DNA of 64,000 nucleotides from Octopus vulgaris (lineage: Eukaryota), in assembly GCA_951406725.2 (NCBI GenBank), contig OX597822.1, forward strand, positions 11,036,001-11,100,000. Reading direction: 5' to 3'. The notes under the pieces were generated by a model, which was not told the DNA's origin, did not search any database, and worked only from the letters and a program-made list of their open reading frames with translations. Both the position numbers and the translations under genes were made by a program. Position 1 is the stretch's first letter. Each line of letters starts with the position of its first letter. Shown piece after piece: positions 1 to 12,880 of this stretch.

Positions 1-81
1 ATAAATGGTTATCTAATGAATTTTATTAGCTTACAGCTGTTTCTGTTATTCGATGCAGTGCGCTCATAGTTGAAAATGTGA

Positions 82-290
<209 letters not shown>

Positions 291-644
291 AATCTATGAA
301 TGAATATATGTGCGTGGATGTATATATATATATCATTATATGTGTGTGGTGGAGATGTAAAGTAATAATTTTGTTAAGCCAAAACAAACTGAGAAAAAGG
401 AGAGAAAAGAAAGAAAATAGTTTACACTTGTAATCAAAAGATACCAAATGGACTCCATGCTACATTTTCTGCTGACAAAGTGGTTATTAACCCTAGAATA
501 CCAAAGTCAGTGTATATAATACGCTATGTGTCTTTGGATGTATACGTTTTGTGAGTAAGCTTCTAGCATTTGAATCTGTTTAATTTGTCAACCTTTCTAA
601 GATTTTCTTTCTAAATCATTCGACACAAATTTGAATCCTTCTGT

Positions 645-1052
645 TTTACTCTTTTACTTGTTTCAGTCATTTGACTGCGGCTATGCTGGAGCACCGCCTT
701 TAGTCGAGCAAATCGACTCCGGGACTTATTCTTTGTAAGCCCAGTACTTATTCTATCGGTCTCTTTTGCCGAACCGCTTGGTGACGGGGACGTAAAGACA
801 CCAGCATCGGTTGTCAAGCAATGCTAGGGGGACAAACACAGACACACAAACACACACACATACACATATATATATATATACATATACACGACAGGCTTCT
901 TTCAGTTTCCGTCTACCAAATCCACTCACAAGGCATTGGTCGGCCCGGGGCTATAGTAGAAGACACTTGCCCAAGATGCCACGCAGTGGGACTGAACCCG
1001 GAACCATGTGGTTGGTAAGCAAGCTACTTACCCCACAGCCACTCCTGCGCCT
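645..1052 (-). mobile_element. tRNA-derived SINE family B (internal TA/TG microsatellite), full length
   Basis: Minus strand: head GGCGCAGGAGTGGCTGTG..GG with B-box-like GGTTCAGTCCC, CTTGGGCAAGTGTCTTCTACTATAGCC block, internal microsatellite, tail ...GACTGAAACAAGTAAAAGAGTAAAA; more than 10 copies in window. Confidence 0.9.
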
Positions 1053-1605
1053 GTTTATCTTCTGTTTATCTTTTGCATTTGCCTCGTACTGCTTAAGGAA
1101 ATGCTTTGAAGTTTCCTAAATCCTCCAACAGTGTTTCTACTTTCTGACTGCAACAGTGTCCATGTTTAGTTGCTCCGTTTGTCTTTTGGATTTGAAAGTC
1201 CATTCTGCTTTCTTAATACTTGACTATTGTTTTCATATTCATAAATTTTCACGATTCGCTGTGCATCGCAACATTTATGTGAAATTTCTTCATCCTAATT
1301 GCAGCCTGAACAGTTCTTTTGGGGTAGAGCTGCTGCCACACTATCGAACATTGACACTTAAGTCTGATTTGATTTTATCCACCAAGACCAATAAACATAT
1401 TTCTCTCCAAATTTTCAAACAAGTACCAGTTGGGTACAGAAGTCGATGTTAAAGACTTACGCCATCTCCCGAAATTGCTGGTTTTGTGACAAAATTTGAA
1501 ATCAATATGAATTCTGTTTTCACTCGTTTAATACGCATTGTATGGGCTTTTAAACAGGTTTCACGGTAAATATCACATAATGCTTTACTCAAACTACCCC
1601 ATGTT

Positions 1606-1622
1606 ATGTATATATATGTATG

Positions 1623-1695
<73 letters not shown>

Positions 1696-1784
1696 ATGTG
1701 TGTATGTATCTATATGTAGATAGCTGTGAGTGTGAGTACATGTGTGTTTGTGTGTGTGTGTGTATGCGTTTGTATGTGTGTGTT

Positions 1785-1840
<56 letters not shown>

Positions 1841-1853
1841 CGTTTGTGTGTGT
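1606..1853. repeat. (TA)n/(TG)n microsatellite
   Basis: Directly visible. Confidence 0.95.
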
Positions 1854-2069
1854 AAGGTACGTGACAAAGTGGCTAGGATGTTACACACACGATCACTAGA
1901 CCATGGGTTAGATTCTCAGCCCGGCCCAGCCTGGACGGAGCGTTGCATTCTTATGCAAAACACTTCATTTCACATTGCCCTGCGGGTGGGAGAGAGGCAA
2001 AATCATAACCAGCAGAAGTACCTTCTTGTATATCTTTCGGCTCTCTACATTCTGAGTTCCAATCTTACC

Positions 2070-2200
2070 TGCCTGGAGAAGGCTACGGGAAGCCACTCCA
2101 ATGTTCTTCCTAAGTCTAGTCAGGGTAACCAAAGTTACAGTAATCTAGTGCGACAGTGAAGGATAGGGCCCTCCCAGGTCGTAAAGAGAGTGCTGGAGTA
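2070..2200 (+). mobile_element. RTE/BovB-like LINE 5' region fragment
   Basis: CTGGAGAAGGCTACGGGAAGCCACTCCAATGTTCTT...GACAGTGAAGGATAGGGCCCTCCCAGGTCG resembles the conserved RTE/BovB 5' motif CTGGAGAAGG..TGGCAAACCAC.CCAGTATTCTT...CCCAGGTCG as recalled from memory. Confidence 0.4.
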
Positions 2201-2250
2201 GGTTCACATGATAAAGGGTAAACCAACGCTAGACTTTGCATGTATATATA

Positions 2251-3470
2251 TTGGGTCATATCATATATAATGCGGTTTTTTTCAATTGCATGAACTAAAG
2301 GTCGGAGGAGACGGGAAAAACTACCTACACCAACTTGCTATAAAAGCAGGTAGTAATTTTACCTTGTGCTTCTTCTTAGTGCAAGTTTTGAAAAGAGCAC
2401 TTCGATTATAATAGCTATTTTTTCAAAGCTATAATGGAAATGACAAAGGAGCATATTCGGCATACTTTGCTTTATGAGTTCAATAAAGGCAGGAACGCAA
2501 CGGAAAGTGAGAGGAATATTAATGCAGCATATGGGGATCGGACAATAAGTGTAAGCCTGTGTCAACGGTAGTTCCAGAAATTCCGAGCCGGAAACTACAG
2601 CCTAGATGACGAGCCTCGTTTTGGAAAGGTTGTAGAGCTCGATGAGTATACTCTGCAAACCCTGCTGAAGCAAAACCCCTTCGTAACTGTCGAGGAACTA
2701 GCAGAGAAGCTTGGATTTGGTCATTCAACCATTCATCGACACTTACGTGCCATCGAAAATGTCAGCAAAGTGGCTCAATGGGTTCCTCACAAACATACGA
2801 AGTTTAATCGCGCCCAGAGAGTGAATGCGTGCTCTTCTTTGCTGTCATGTCTCTCGAATGAACCTTTTCTTTTAGACCGAATGGGTTTTCTATAAAAATG
2901 ACAGTTGGCAGTGAAAGGAGAAACACTGGCACCCCAGGCTAAAGCAGGTCTTCATCCACGTCAGGTGTTGCTATCTGTTTGGTGAGGTATGAAAAGTTTA
3001 GTCCACTTTGAATTTTTAAACCCAAACCAAACGATAACAAAGGAGATCTACTGCGAGCAGCTTGAGTGGCATTAGTCAGCGCTAGAAGAGAAACGACTAT
3101 CTTTGGTTTCAAGACGAAAGGTGTTCTTCCTTCAGGAAAATGCTTGGCTACATACAGCGAAGACGACATTCCAAAGGCTGGAGCAGTTTCAATTCACCGG
3201 ACATTGCCCCATTTGATTATCATTTATTTTGCAGTCTTCAATATCATTTGAACGGAAAAAAATATGAATTCTGTAGACGAGGTCAGAACAGTAGTGGAGG
3301 TGTATTTTTCGTCATTGACAAGTGAATTTGGAACAGGGGTCTAGCAAGTCTCCCAGATAAGATGGAAGAGCATTGTAGAAAATAAAGGAGAGTATATTTT
3401 ATATTAAAAAAGAACTTTATCTGAATTTTGAAAAATAAAAGATTAAAAATCGCATTATTTATGAGATGAC

Positions 3471-3474
<4 letters not shown>
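2251..3474 (+). mobile_element. Mariner (DD34D-type) DNA transposon, full length, transposase pseudogenised
   Basis: About 30-bp TIRs (TTGGGTCATATCATATATAATGCG / CGCATTATTTATGAGATGACCCAA) flanked by TA; remnants MEMTKEHIRHTLLYEFNKG, QWVPH and SPDIAPFDYHLF; multiple stops and frameshifts. Confidence 0.92.
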
Positions 3475-3501
<27 letters not shown>

Positions 3502-3802
3502 TCTTTTATTCTTTAACTTGTTTCATTCATCTGAATGCGGCCATGCTGTAGCACCGCCTTGAAGGACTTTAGTCGAACATTTAAAAAAATTATTGTACTT
3601 ATTCCATCGGTCTCTTTTGCTCTGTAATTTATGGCTTCTTCGTGAATCAAGATAAGTATGTGTGCGTGTGCATGTATACATTTATTTGTGCGTTTGCGCG
3701 TGTGTGTGTGTGTGTGTGTATGTATACGTCACACCAAGAAAACACCCTGGAATCGGATCTATGTTCTAAACTGAATTTGGTACTTGTATGTCTACGGGGA
3801 GC

Positions 3803-4025
3803 CGGCAGAATCATTAGTACGCCGAGCAAGATGCTTAGCGGTATTTCGTCTGTCGTTACGTTCTGTGTTCAAATTCCGCCGAGGTCGACTTTGCCTTTCA
3901 TCCTTTCGGACTCGATAAATTAAGTACCAGTAAAACAGTGGGGGATGAAATCGACTAGTACCCCTACCCACCCCACCTCACCAAATTTCAGGCCTTGTGC
4001 ATTTAGTAGAAAAGATTATTATTAT
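3803..4025 (+). mobile_element. SINE family C (Meta-domain-like), ATT-associated tail
   Basis: GTTCAAATTCC B-box-like motif, GAGGTCGACTTTGCCTTTCATCCTTTCGG..AAGTACCAG block, tail AAATTTCAGGCCTTGTGC..GTAGAAA then (ATT)n. Confidence 0.85.
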
Positions 4026-4035
4026 TGTTGTTGTT

Positions 4036-4350
4036 GAGGCGCAATGGCCCAGTGGTTAGGGCAGCGGACACGCGGTCGGAAGATTGCGGTTTCGATTCCC
4101 AGACCGGGCGTTATGTGTGTTTATTGAGCGAAAACATCTAAAGCTCCACGAGGCTCCGGCAGGGTGTCGTGGCGACCCCTGTTGTACTCTTTGACCCCAA
4201 CTTTCTCTCACTCTTTCTTCCTGTTTCTTGAGTAACGCTGCGATGGACTGGCGTCCCGTCCAGCTGGGGGGAACACATACGCCAACGAAAGCGGCAAACC
4301 AGGCCCCTGAGCCTGGCTAGGCTTGAAAAGGGCGCATAAATAAATAAAGA
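4036..4350 (+). mobile_element. tRNA-derived SINE family A, tail type 1
   Basis: A box TGGCCCAGTGG, B box GTTTCGATTCC; flanked by ATTATTGTTGTT duplication. Confidence 0.88.
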
Positions 4351-4774
4351 ATTATTGTTGTTATTCAATAGTTGTTTGATTTAGCTGCAGGAATCATAAC
4401 GTTTTGCCAGGCACCTGTGTGTGCGCGCACGCGTGTGCGCTCGCGAACTTCGAAGTCACTGTCTATGCTGTTCTTGTTAAAGTATAATACATTTTTACTC
4501 CATAAAGATACGGAGTAGTCCTTACCATGAATATAAAATCGTTTTTATTACAATTGAACATGTGAAAAGAAAACAACAATATATTGGTATTAAATTTTCG
4601 CTCAAGGCCATAAATTTCGGTGCAGAGTTAAGTCGATTATCCCCAGTACGCCACTGGTACTCGTTTTATCTTCAAACGATGTCCCACCATGGCCACAATC
4701 TAATGACATACAAACAAACCTTAATATAAATATGTGTCGGCGTGCGCATGGACATAAACACGCGGCACATACAT

Positions 4775-5330
<556 letters not shown>

Positions 5331-5839
5331 ATGAATATTTATTATATAAAAGAAGGATATACAGAATAATTCCAAAGAATTTGTGAGATACATATACTGA
5401 GTACTATGTAGTAGAGTACCATAATCATTTTTACTATCTGCACAAAGCCTGAAATTTTGGTGGGCGAGCATCGACATCAAAATTCAACTGATATTTAATT
5501 CATCGAACCTGGAAGCTGAAAATCAAAATCCACCTCAGTAGAATTTGAACTCAGAACCGAAGTCTTATGTAATCCCGGTAAGCATTTATTGTCCGTTGTG
5601 CTAGCGAATCTGCCAGTTCGCCGCATTACCCTAGAATAGCATAATGAAATTTATCATAAGCTGAAAATTACGAGCCCTAATTTACCGATCCTTAAACAAA
5701 TTTATATGTATATTTTAGGATATGGGTCTGGGAGGAAGACTGTTAGAATAGACACGTTTAACAGAGAAAGAGAGGGAAGTACGTGGCATAGGAATATAAG
5801 ACAATAACTAGATGTCACTGGTGGAATTCGAGTGGGGTA

Positions 5840-5885
5840 TACACACACAAAACACACACACACACACACACACATATATACACAC

Positions 5886-5983
<98 letters not shown>

Positions 5984-6043
5984 GTATTTCTATGTATATT
6001 CATATATGTATATAATTATATATATATATATATACATACATAT

Positions 6044-6110
<67 letters not shown>

Positions 6111-6132
6111 TGGTTGGATGGATGGATGGATG

Positions 6133-6184
<52 letters not shown>

Positions 6185-6206
6185 TGGTTGGATGGATGGA
6201 TGGATG

Positions 6207-6258
<52 letters not shown>

Positions 6259-6260
6259 TG
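5840..6260. repeat. (CA)n, (TA)n, (GATA)n/(GATG)n compound microsatellite
   Basis: Directly visible; the GATA-TGGTT-GATG block is duplicated. Confidence 0.95.
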
Positions 6261-6367
6261 CATATACATATACGATGGTGTCCTAGAAAATTTCTGGCTT
6301 TAAGGGTGACGCGAAAGGCATGGTTGGAGACCCAAACTTCCGAGTATATATATATATAATATATATT

Positions 6368-7149
6368 TAGATGGTGCAGTGAATAAACTGTCGTGTAAAT
6401 TACGCAAACCTGAAAACAACACTGACACTGACAATATTACATATTTACCAAAATTAATTTAAACTATCTTGAAATACTAAAGAGTAAATTTAATCAACAA
6501 AATCACCATTGGTTTCAACTACGGCCCCGAGACGACTTTGGAGTCTCACTCAACTCTCACTCAACTGCACCCCTCACAAGGGGGGTTGCAGTCTGGGGAG
6601 CTAATGGCCAGACGTTAGGGGTGATGTGGTCGCAGAGATTGTCTGACAGACATGACTGTGTTTTCCTGTTTGTGTGACATGGTGCAGAGTCCTGTTGCTA
6701 GATATAGGGTCTTCCAGCAGCTAACCCCTTGACCCAGGGTAGCACTACCTCCTCCAGGGACTTGACCTAGGTCTCTGTGTTGAGTGTGAGGCCGTGTGGG
6801 AAGATGACTAGAAGCACAATGTCGCTATCACTAGTGCTCAGTCCTAACACCGTGATGTTGACTGGATGTATGATTGTTATTAATCTCGGTACATCTGTCC
6901 TCAGATTGCACTGTCCACAGCTGGACACCCGAACTCTCTGAAATGTTCGTATTGGAGTGTCCGGTGCGAATGCCAAAGCCATACAGCATGTCGCTTCCAA
7001 ATTTCTGGCGTAGTGAATTGCTCCATGGTGCTGTTTTTCTCACAGACGGTGCCCAGCTGACCCTACTATACTGTGTAGTTGACAAAATAAAAAACGAACA
7101 ACACGCATGCGCGAAATTGAAAATATAGCATTTACCATCGCATCCTCTG
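6368..7149 (-). mobile_element. Tc1/mariner DD37D (maT-like) transposon relic, internally deleted
   Basis: Minus-strand remnants AGRPYI*QQDSAPCH..HITPNVWP/SSPDCNPL and C-terminal QSRLGAVVETNGDFVD; degenerate TIRs. Confidence 0.75.
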
Positions 7150-7186
7150 TGTGTGTATGTATGTGTGCGTGTGTGTGTATATATAT

Positions 7187-7412
7187 TTCTTTACTGCCCA
7201 CAAGGGGCTAAACATAAAGGGGACAAACAAGGACAGACAAGGGGATTAAGTCGATTACATCGACCCCAGTGCGAAACTGGTACTTAATTTATCGACCCCG
7301 AAAGGATGAAAGGCAAAGTCAACCTCGGCGGAATTGGAACTCAGAACGTAACGGCAGACGAAATACGGCTACGCATTTCGCCCGGCGTGCTGTCGATTCT
7401 GCCAGCTCGCCT
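7187..7412 (-). mobile_element. SINE family C, Tx1-like tail, inserted in (TA)n
   Basis: Family C body; tail ...GCCCCTTGTGGGCAGTAAAGAAATA. Confidence 0.88.
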
Positions 7413-7957
7413 ATATATATATATATACACTCAAGTGGAAGGAGATGACGACGACGACGACAATGATATCAGTGAAGGCTGAATCAACCGCAGTATATAA
7501 CTGGTACTTTCTCTTATCAACCCGTATGTATAAAAGGTAAATTGAACAGAAGCCTGTACTGAACTAATCATGGTAATAATTGTTTCACGTTAAAAAGCGT
7601 ATGGCCGGAAAATGTTAAGTATTAATCCATTTTGGCGACACTTGATATCCAATGTATGCGTGTGTATAAGCTAAAAACATTCTCCGAGATGGAAATGGTC
7701 GATTTAAAGTAGTACCAATTTATGACTGGCATACTTTGCTTTAGCTTTATCGAGTTTGGGAGGATGAGAAAAAGGCGAAATTGATGATGTGAATATGATG
7801 ATTAAAAGGAGGGCAAAAAAAGGAGTGGGATGAAAGAAGAAGAAAAAGAAGACGAAGAAGAAGATGATGATGATGATGATGATGACGAAGACGAAGGATA
7901 AATAAATAAATAATAATAATAATAATACTAATAATAACAATAATAATAATAATAATG

Positions 7958-8007
<50 letters not shown>

Positions 8008-8014
8008 AATAATA

Positions 8015-8127
8015 TGTGATGCATGTGCCTGGTGTATCCTTATCAGACGGGTAGTCATGATGGGTATACTAGGCTTTGTATATTTTACCCCAGTGTCACT
8101 TTGATGGCATGAACTGCTCTCTCACTC

Positions 8128-8128
<1 letters not shown>
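8015..8128 (+). mobile_element. 3' fragment of (AAT)n-embedded non-coding element
   Basis: Matches the 3' ends of copies at 34275-34980, 35973-36281 and 61025-61794; flanked by (AAT)n on both sides. Confidence 0.8.
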
Positions 8129-8192
<64 letters not shown>

Positions 8193-8421
8193 AGGAAGTA
8201 CAAAACATCGTGTTAACTGGAACGGCTCATATACTGAGAAGAGCATTATCGCTGTAAAAACCACATCCATTCATGAAATTATTTATTTATTAATTTTTTA
8301 AATACATATTTTACCTGTGAATTTGCGTGTGTAATCTGGGAATTCATGCAATGAGCTTCTCTGCCCTAGGTGTACGGAACACACTCGGCAAGAAATGGAA
8401 GAAAATTTGAAGAAAGAAGGA

Positions 8422-8456
<35 letters not shown>

Positions 8457-8477
8457 TAATAATAATAATAATAATAA

Positions 8478-8692
8478 TCCTTTGTACCAAAGGCACAAGG
8501 CCTGAAATTCTGGTGTAGGGAGATAGTCGATCACATCGACCTCAGTGTTACACTGGTACTTAATTTATCGATCCCGAAAAGATGACAGCTAAAGTCGACC
8601 TCGGCGGAATTTTAACTCAGAACGTAGCGGCAGACGAAATACCGTTAAACATTTCGCCCGTCGTGCTAACGATTGTGCCAGCTCGCCGCCTT
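8478..8692 (-). mobile_element. SINE family C, ATT-associated tail
   Basis: Family C body and tail abutting (AAT)n 8423-8477. Confidence 0.85.
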
Positions 8693-8716
8693 AAATAATA
8701 ATAATATTAATAATAA

Positions 8717-8795
<79 letters not shown>

Positions 8796-10205
8796 ATTTG
8801 GCTCAAAAGCAAATAGCAAGGCCATGTAGGGGGACATGAAGTTAAGTACAGGGTGGTGTTCATGTAAAGAGTTCAGGCCACTTGAGGTCAAGGGAGGCTT
8901 TGAACAAAGCGGTCGTCGGCATCTTCACCATCTCGTCTGGCAGCTTGTTCCACGGATCCGCAACCCGGACGGAGAAAGCTCCTCTCCTTCGATTGAGATG
9001 AAATCGTCGCAGGTAAAGCTTTTCGGAATGACCCCGCAGCCGACGCTCTGGAGCAGGAGTGAAGAACAGCTCTTTCGAGAGGTTACACTTTCCGCTTATG
9101 ATGCTGTGGGCGAGAATGAGATCACCACGGCGGCGGCGTTTTTCTAGAGAATAAAGGTCGAGCGTCCTCAGCCTTTCTTCATAGGACAAATTTTTGAGAC
9201 CATGAACCATGCGGGTAGCCAGCTTCTGGACTCTTTCGAGATGCTGTATGTCTTTGAGGAGATAAGGAGAAGAGGCTTGAATCCCGTATTCCAATATGGG
9301 TCTCACCAGCGTGACATAGAGTGGTAGGAATATGGCTGCTGTGAGCATTCCGAATGACCGTCGAATCAAGAACAGAATTCCGCGTGCTTTGTTGGCAGCA
9401 TGGACGCACTGGGCCGAAGGCGAAAAGGAGGAATCCACCAAGATACCCAGGCCCTTTACCTGATCGGTCCTCTCCAGCAGCAGACGACCCGGCTCGAAAT
9501 CAAGTTGAGTTGCAGGAGGAGAGCCAACAGGCAGATGACAGCACTTTGACACGTTCAGACACGGGTCCCATTCGTTAGACCACTTCCAAATTTGGTGGAG
9601 GCATCGGTGAAGATCCTCTATATCACCGCGAGAAGCGACCAGTTTGATATCGTCGGCAAATAGAAGGGTGTGTTGCGTGAGGTCGTCGGGCAAGTCATTT
9701 ATGAAGACTAAGAACAATAAGGGCCCAAGCACTGAACCTTGAGGCACGCCACTGCTCGCACTGGAGAGGTCGGACCGCGAACCATTTACTTGGACTTGGA
9801 AGGAGCGATCTGAGAGGAAGGCACCAACCCATCATACAATATCCGGATGGAAACTATATGCTTGAAGCTTGACAAGTAATAGGCGGTGGTTTACCGAGTC
9901 AAAAGCTTTGGAAAAGTCCAATAAAACGATGTCAACAGCATCACTATCATCGAGGATGCTCGTCACCAATTCTTCCATTACCAGTAAGTTGGTCAAGCAT
10001 GATCTCTTCGGCACGAAGCCGTGTTGGGAATCAGAGATGGAGGCTGTGTTTTGGAGGTGGAGCATCATACTTTTCTTAAGGATGGTTTCGAACATCTTGC
10101 TGATTATTGATGTAAGGGAAACCGGTCGGTAGTTAAGCGGGTCTTCGCGGCTCCCTTTCTTGAAAATTGGGAAGATTATCGCTGTTCTCCAGTCCGCAGG
10201 TATAA
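8717..10205 (-). mobile_element. CR1-like LINE, 5'-truncated, with (TAAC)n tail
   Basis: RT motifs NYRPVSLTS, QHGF, DFSKAFDSV, GVPQGSVLGPLLF, FADD and CR1-type C-terminus LERVQKLAT..LSYEERLRTL..RRRRGDLI; short 3' UTR then (TAAC)n at 8717-8794. Confidence 0.93.
8860..10205 (-). pseudogene. Reverse transcriptase (ORF2 C-terminal half), one in-frame TGA at 9832-9834
   Basis: ORFs 9832-10205 and 8860-9747 are in the same frame and joined by IV*WVGAFLSDRSFQVQVNG. Confidence 0.9.
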
Positions 10206-10246
10206 CATAATAATGATGATGATGATGATGATGAAGATGATAATAA

Positions 10247-10294
<48 letters not shown>

Positions 10295-10339
10295 TAATAA
10301 TAATAATGATAATAATGATAATAATAATAATAATAATAA

Positions 10340-10724
10340 AAAAAAATGCTTTTTAATTGATGTATCAATACCGGCAGATGACAACGTGTCTCTAAAAGAA
10401 ATGGAGAAACTCTCAAAATACAAAGACCTGAAATAGAGGTAACTAGAATGTGGAATCTGAAAACAGAAACAATTCCTATCATAGTAGGTGCATTAGGCAT
10501 GATAAAAAAATATTCAGACAAATACATAACAAAAACACCAGGACTTACAAACACATATAACATACAGAAAATTGCACTACTAGGCACTGCCCACATCCTA
10601 CGCAGAACACTTTCCATACAATAACCATCAGAGCATCACAACAAATCACAGCACATACCCAAGGCACACAGAGCTGCGCTCGGTAGTGAAGTGAAAGCAC
10701 GCTATAAAAATAAAAATAAAACTA

Positions 10725-10727
<3 letters not shown>
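10340..10727 (+). mobile_element. Dong/R4-like non-LTR retrotransposon 3' end (restriction-like endonuclease)
   Basis: Translates KCFLIDVSIPADDNVSLKEMEKLSKYKDL/EIEVTRMWNLKTETIPIIVGALG...IQKIALLGTAHILRRTL* with one frameshift; embedded in (AAT)n on both sides. Confidence 0.85.
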
Positions 10728-10782
<55 letters not shown>

Positions 10783-10784
10783 TA

Positions 10785-10926
10785 TTCCTTTCTACTATAG
10801 GCGCAAGGCCTGGATTTTGTATGGAGAGGGACAGTCGATCACATCGATTCCAGTAGAGAACTGGTACTTCATTTATCGACACCGAAAGGATGAAAGCAAA
10901 GTCGACTTCGGCGGAATTTAAACTCA
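10785..10926 (-). mobile_element. SINE family C, 5'-truncated
   Basis: Family C body and ATT-type tail. Confidence 0.82.
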
Positions 10927-10927
10927 G

Positions 10928-10967
10928 CAAGAAGAAGAAGAAGAAGAAGAAGAAGAAGAAGAAGAAG

Positions 10968-10999
<32 letters not shown>

Positions 11000-11880
11000 G
11001 AAGAAGAAGAAAGAGAAGAAGAAAAAGAGGAAGAAGAAGAAGAAGACAAAGAAGAAGAACAACAACAACAAGAAGACGCAGAAGAATTGGAAGAAGGATG
11101 AGGAGAAGAAGAAGGATAAGAATTGGAAGAAGAAGAAGAAGGAGGAGGAGGAGGAGGAGGAGGAGAAGTAGAAGAAGAATTGGATGAAGGAGAAGAAGAA
11201 GAAGAAGAAGAAGAAGAAGAATTGGATGAAGGAGAAGAAGAAGAACAAGAAGAACAAGAAGAAGAAGACGAAGAAGAACAAGAAGAACAAGAAGAACAAG
11301 AAGAAGGAGAGGACGCAGAAGAATTGGAAGAAGGATGAGGAGAAGAAGAAGGAGAAGAATTGGAAGAAGAAGAAGAAGGAGGAGGAGGAGGAGGAGGAGG
11401 AGAAGTAGAAGAAGAATTGGATGAAGGAGAAGAAGAAGAAGAAGAAGAAGAAGAAGAATTGGATGAAGGAGAAGAAGAAGGAGAAGAAGAAGAACAAGAA
11501 GAACAAGAAGAAGAAGACGAACAAGAACAAGAAGAACAAGAAGAAGGAGAAGACGCAGAAGAATTGGAAGAAGGATGAGGAGAAGAAGAAGGAGAAGAAT
11601 TAGAAGAAGAAGAAGAGCAAGAAGAAGAAGAAGAAGAAGAAGAAGAATTGGAAGAAGGAGGAGGAAAAGAAGAAGAAGAAGAAGAAGAAGAAGAAGAAGA
11701 AGAAGGAGGAGGAGGAGGAGAAGAAGAAAAAGAAGAAGAATTGGATGAAGGAGAAGAAGAAGAATTGGAAGAAGGAGGAGGAAGAGAAGAAGAAGAAGAA
11801 TTGGAAGAAGAAGAAGAAGAAGAAGAAGAAGAAGAAGAAGAAGAAGAAGAAGAAGAAGAAGAAGAAGAAGAAGAAGACAA
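10928..11880. repeat. Complex (GAA/GGA)n repeat with about 237-240 bp higher-order unit
   Basis: Marker GACGCAGAAGAATTGGAAGAAGGATGAGG recurs at 11075, 11312 and 11552. Confidence 0.92.
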
Positions 11881-12599
11881 CGACGACGATGGTGGTGGTG
11901 GTGATAATGATGATGATGATGGTGATGATGAAATTTGAATAAGAACAAAGAATGAGGAATAAGTGAGTGAAATAAAGAAATCTGGAGAAGGAATTCAAAA
12001 GAAATATGAAAAATGAAATTAGATATGGCGAAAGAAAGAAAGAAAGAAAGAAAGAAAAGGCAAAGAAAGAGACACAGAGACACATAGAGAAAGGGTGAGA
12101 GACAGATAGAAATAGGGTGGGAGAGGGGAAAGGAAGGAGGAGAAAATTGAGAATAAGGAAGTGAAATGGGGTGGAAGGCAGAGGCGGGAAAGTTGGAGAC
12201 GTGGAGAAAGACGTGTAGAATGCTGAAACGGGAGGAGTCAAGTAAGAACGTCTGAGTAGGAGGAGTTAAGACAAACATAATGTAGCAAGGAATGGAGGGG
12301 GGAATGTAGAAGTATTGAAAGAGAGGGGCGAGAAGAAGATGGGGAGATAAGGTGGTAGGGGAGGATAGAGATAAAAGGAAAGCGGTAGAAAGGAATGCTG
12401 AGAGAGAAGGAGGAGTGGGAAAAGACGTGACGAGGACAAATGAGGGGGATAGAAGGAGAAGAGATAGAGGATAAAGTGAAGGCCTCAGAGTAGGAGGAGA
12501 CAAAGAGAAAGTGGTAGAAGTGGACGTTGAGAGAGGAGAGAAGGCGGACGAAAACGAATGAACAGAGAGATTGTGGAGGGGAAAGGGAAGAGAAAGAGA

Positions 12600-12880
12600 A
12601 GGTGTAGGAAGCGAAGCGAAAGGCGGAGTTATATAGCGTCAGGGCGTGGCCAGTGAATGCTTGCGTTGTGTTCGGTTGTTTCCGTTGGGAGACGGCACGG
12701 CCAAGACAGCAGTTGCAGCAGACAGCAGACAAGGCAGCGAGAAGCAGACGACGAATAAAAGCAGCAGAATGGAAGAATAAAAGAATGAATAAAACGAACG
12801 AATAGGCGTGAAATAAGGCGGTCTCCATAATTCGTAACTAAGTTCAGCAATAACGGACAGGCAAGCACAAAGCCAGTAGT
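12600..12880 (+). promoter_or_regulatory. Candidate promoter-like CpG-richer unique island
   Basis: GC-box-like AGGCGGAG and GGGCGTGGC around TTATATAG (about 12629); no transcript evidence. Confidence 0.2.

Noticed and set aside
25-70. Minus-strand GAAACAGCTGTA resembling the 3' half of a minimal hammerhead
   Set aside because: CUGANGA box is defective (CTATGAG) and helices I and II cannot be paired; at the window edge
8717-8794. (TTAG)n as interstitial telomeric repeat
   Set aside because: Unit is TTAG, not TTAGGG or TTAGG, and it sits exactly at a LINE 3' end
9832-10617. 261-aa ORF as a single protein
   Set aside because: Chimeric artefact: antisense of the Dong-like fragment plus (AAT)n read into the truncated CR1-like RT
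10646-12503. Long ORFs of 297, 318 and 544 aa (poly-F/S/L) and Glu-rich ORFs
   Set aside because: Translations of the GAA/TTC repeat; the Glu frame has recurring stops and no splice or domain support
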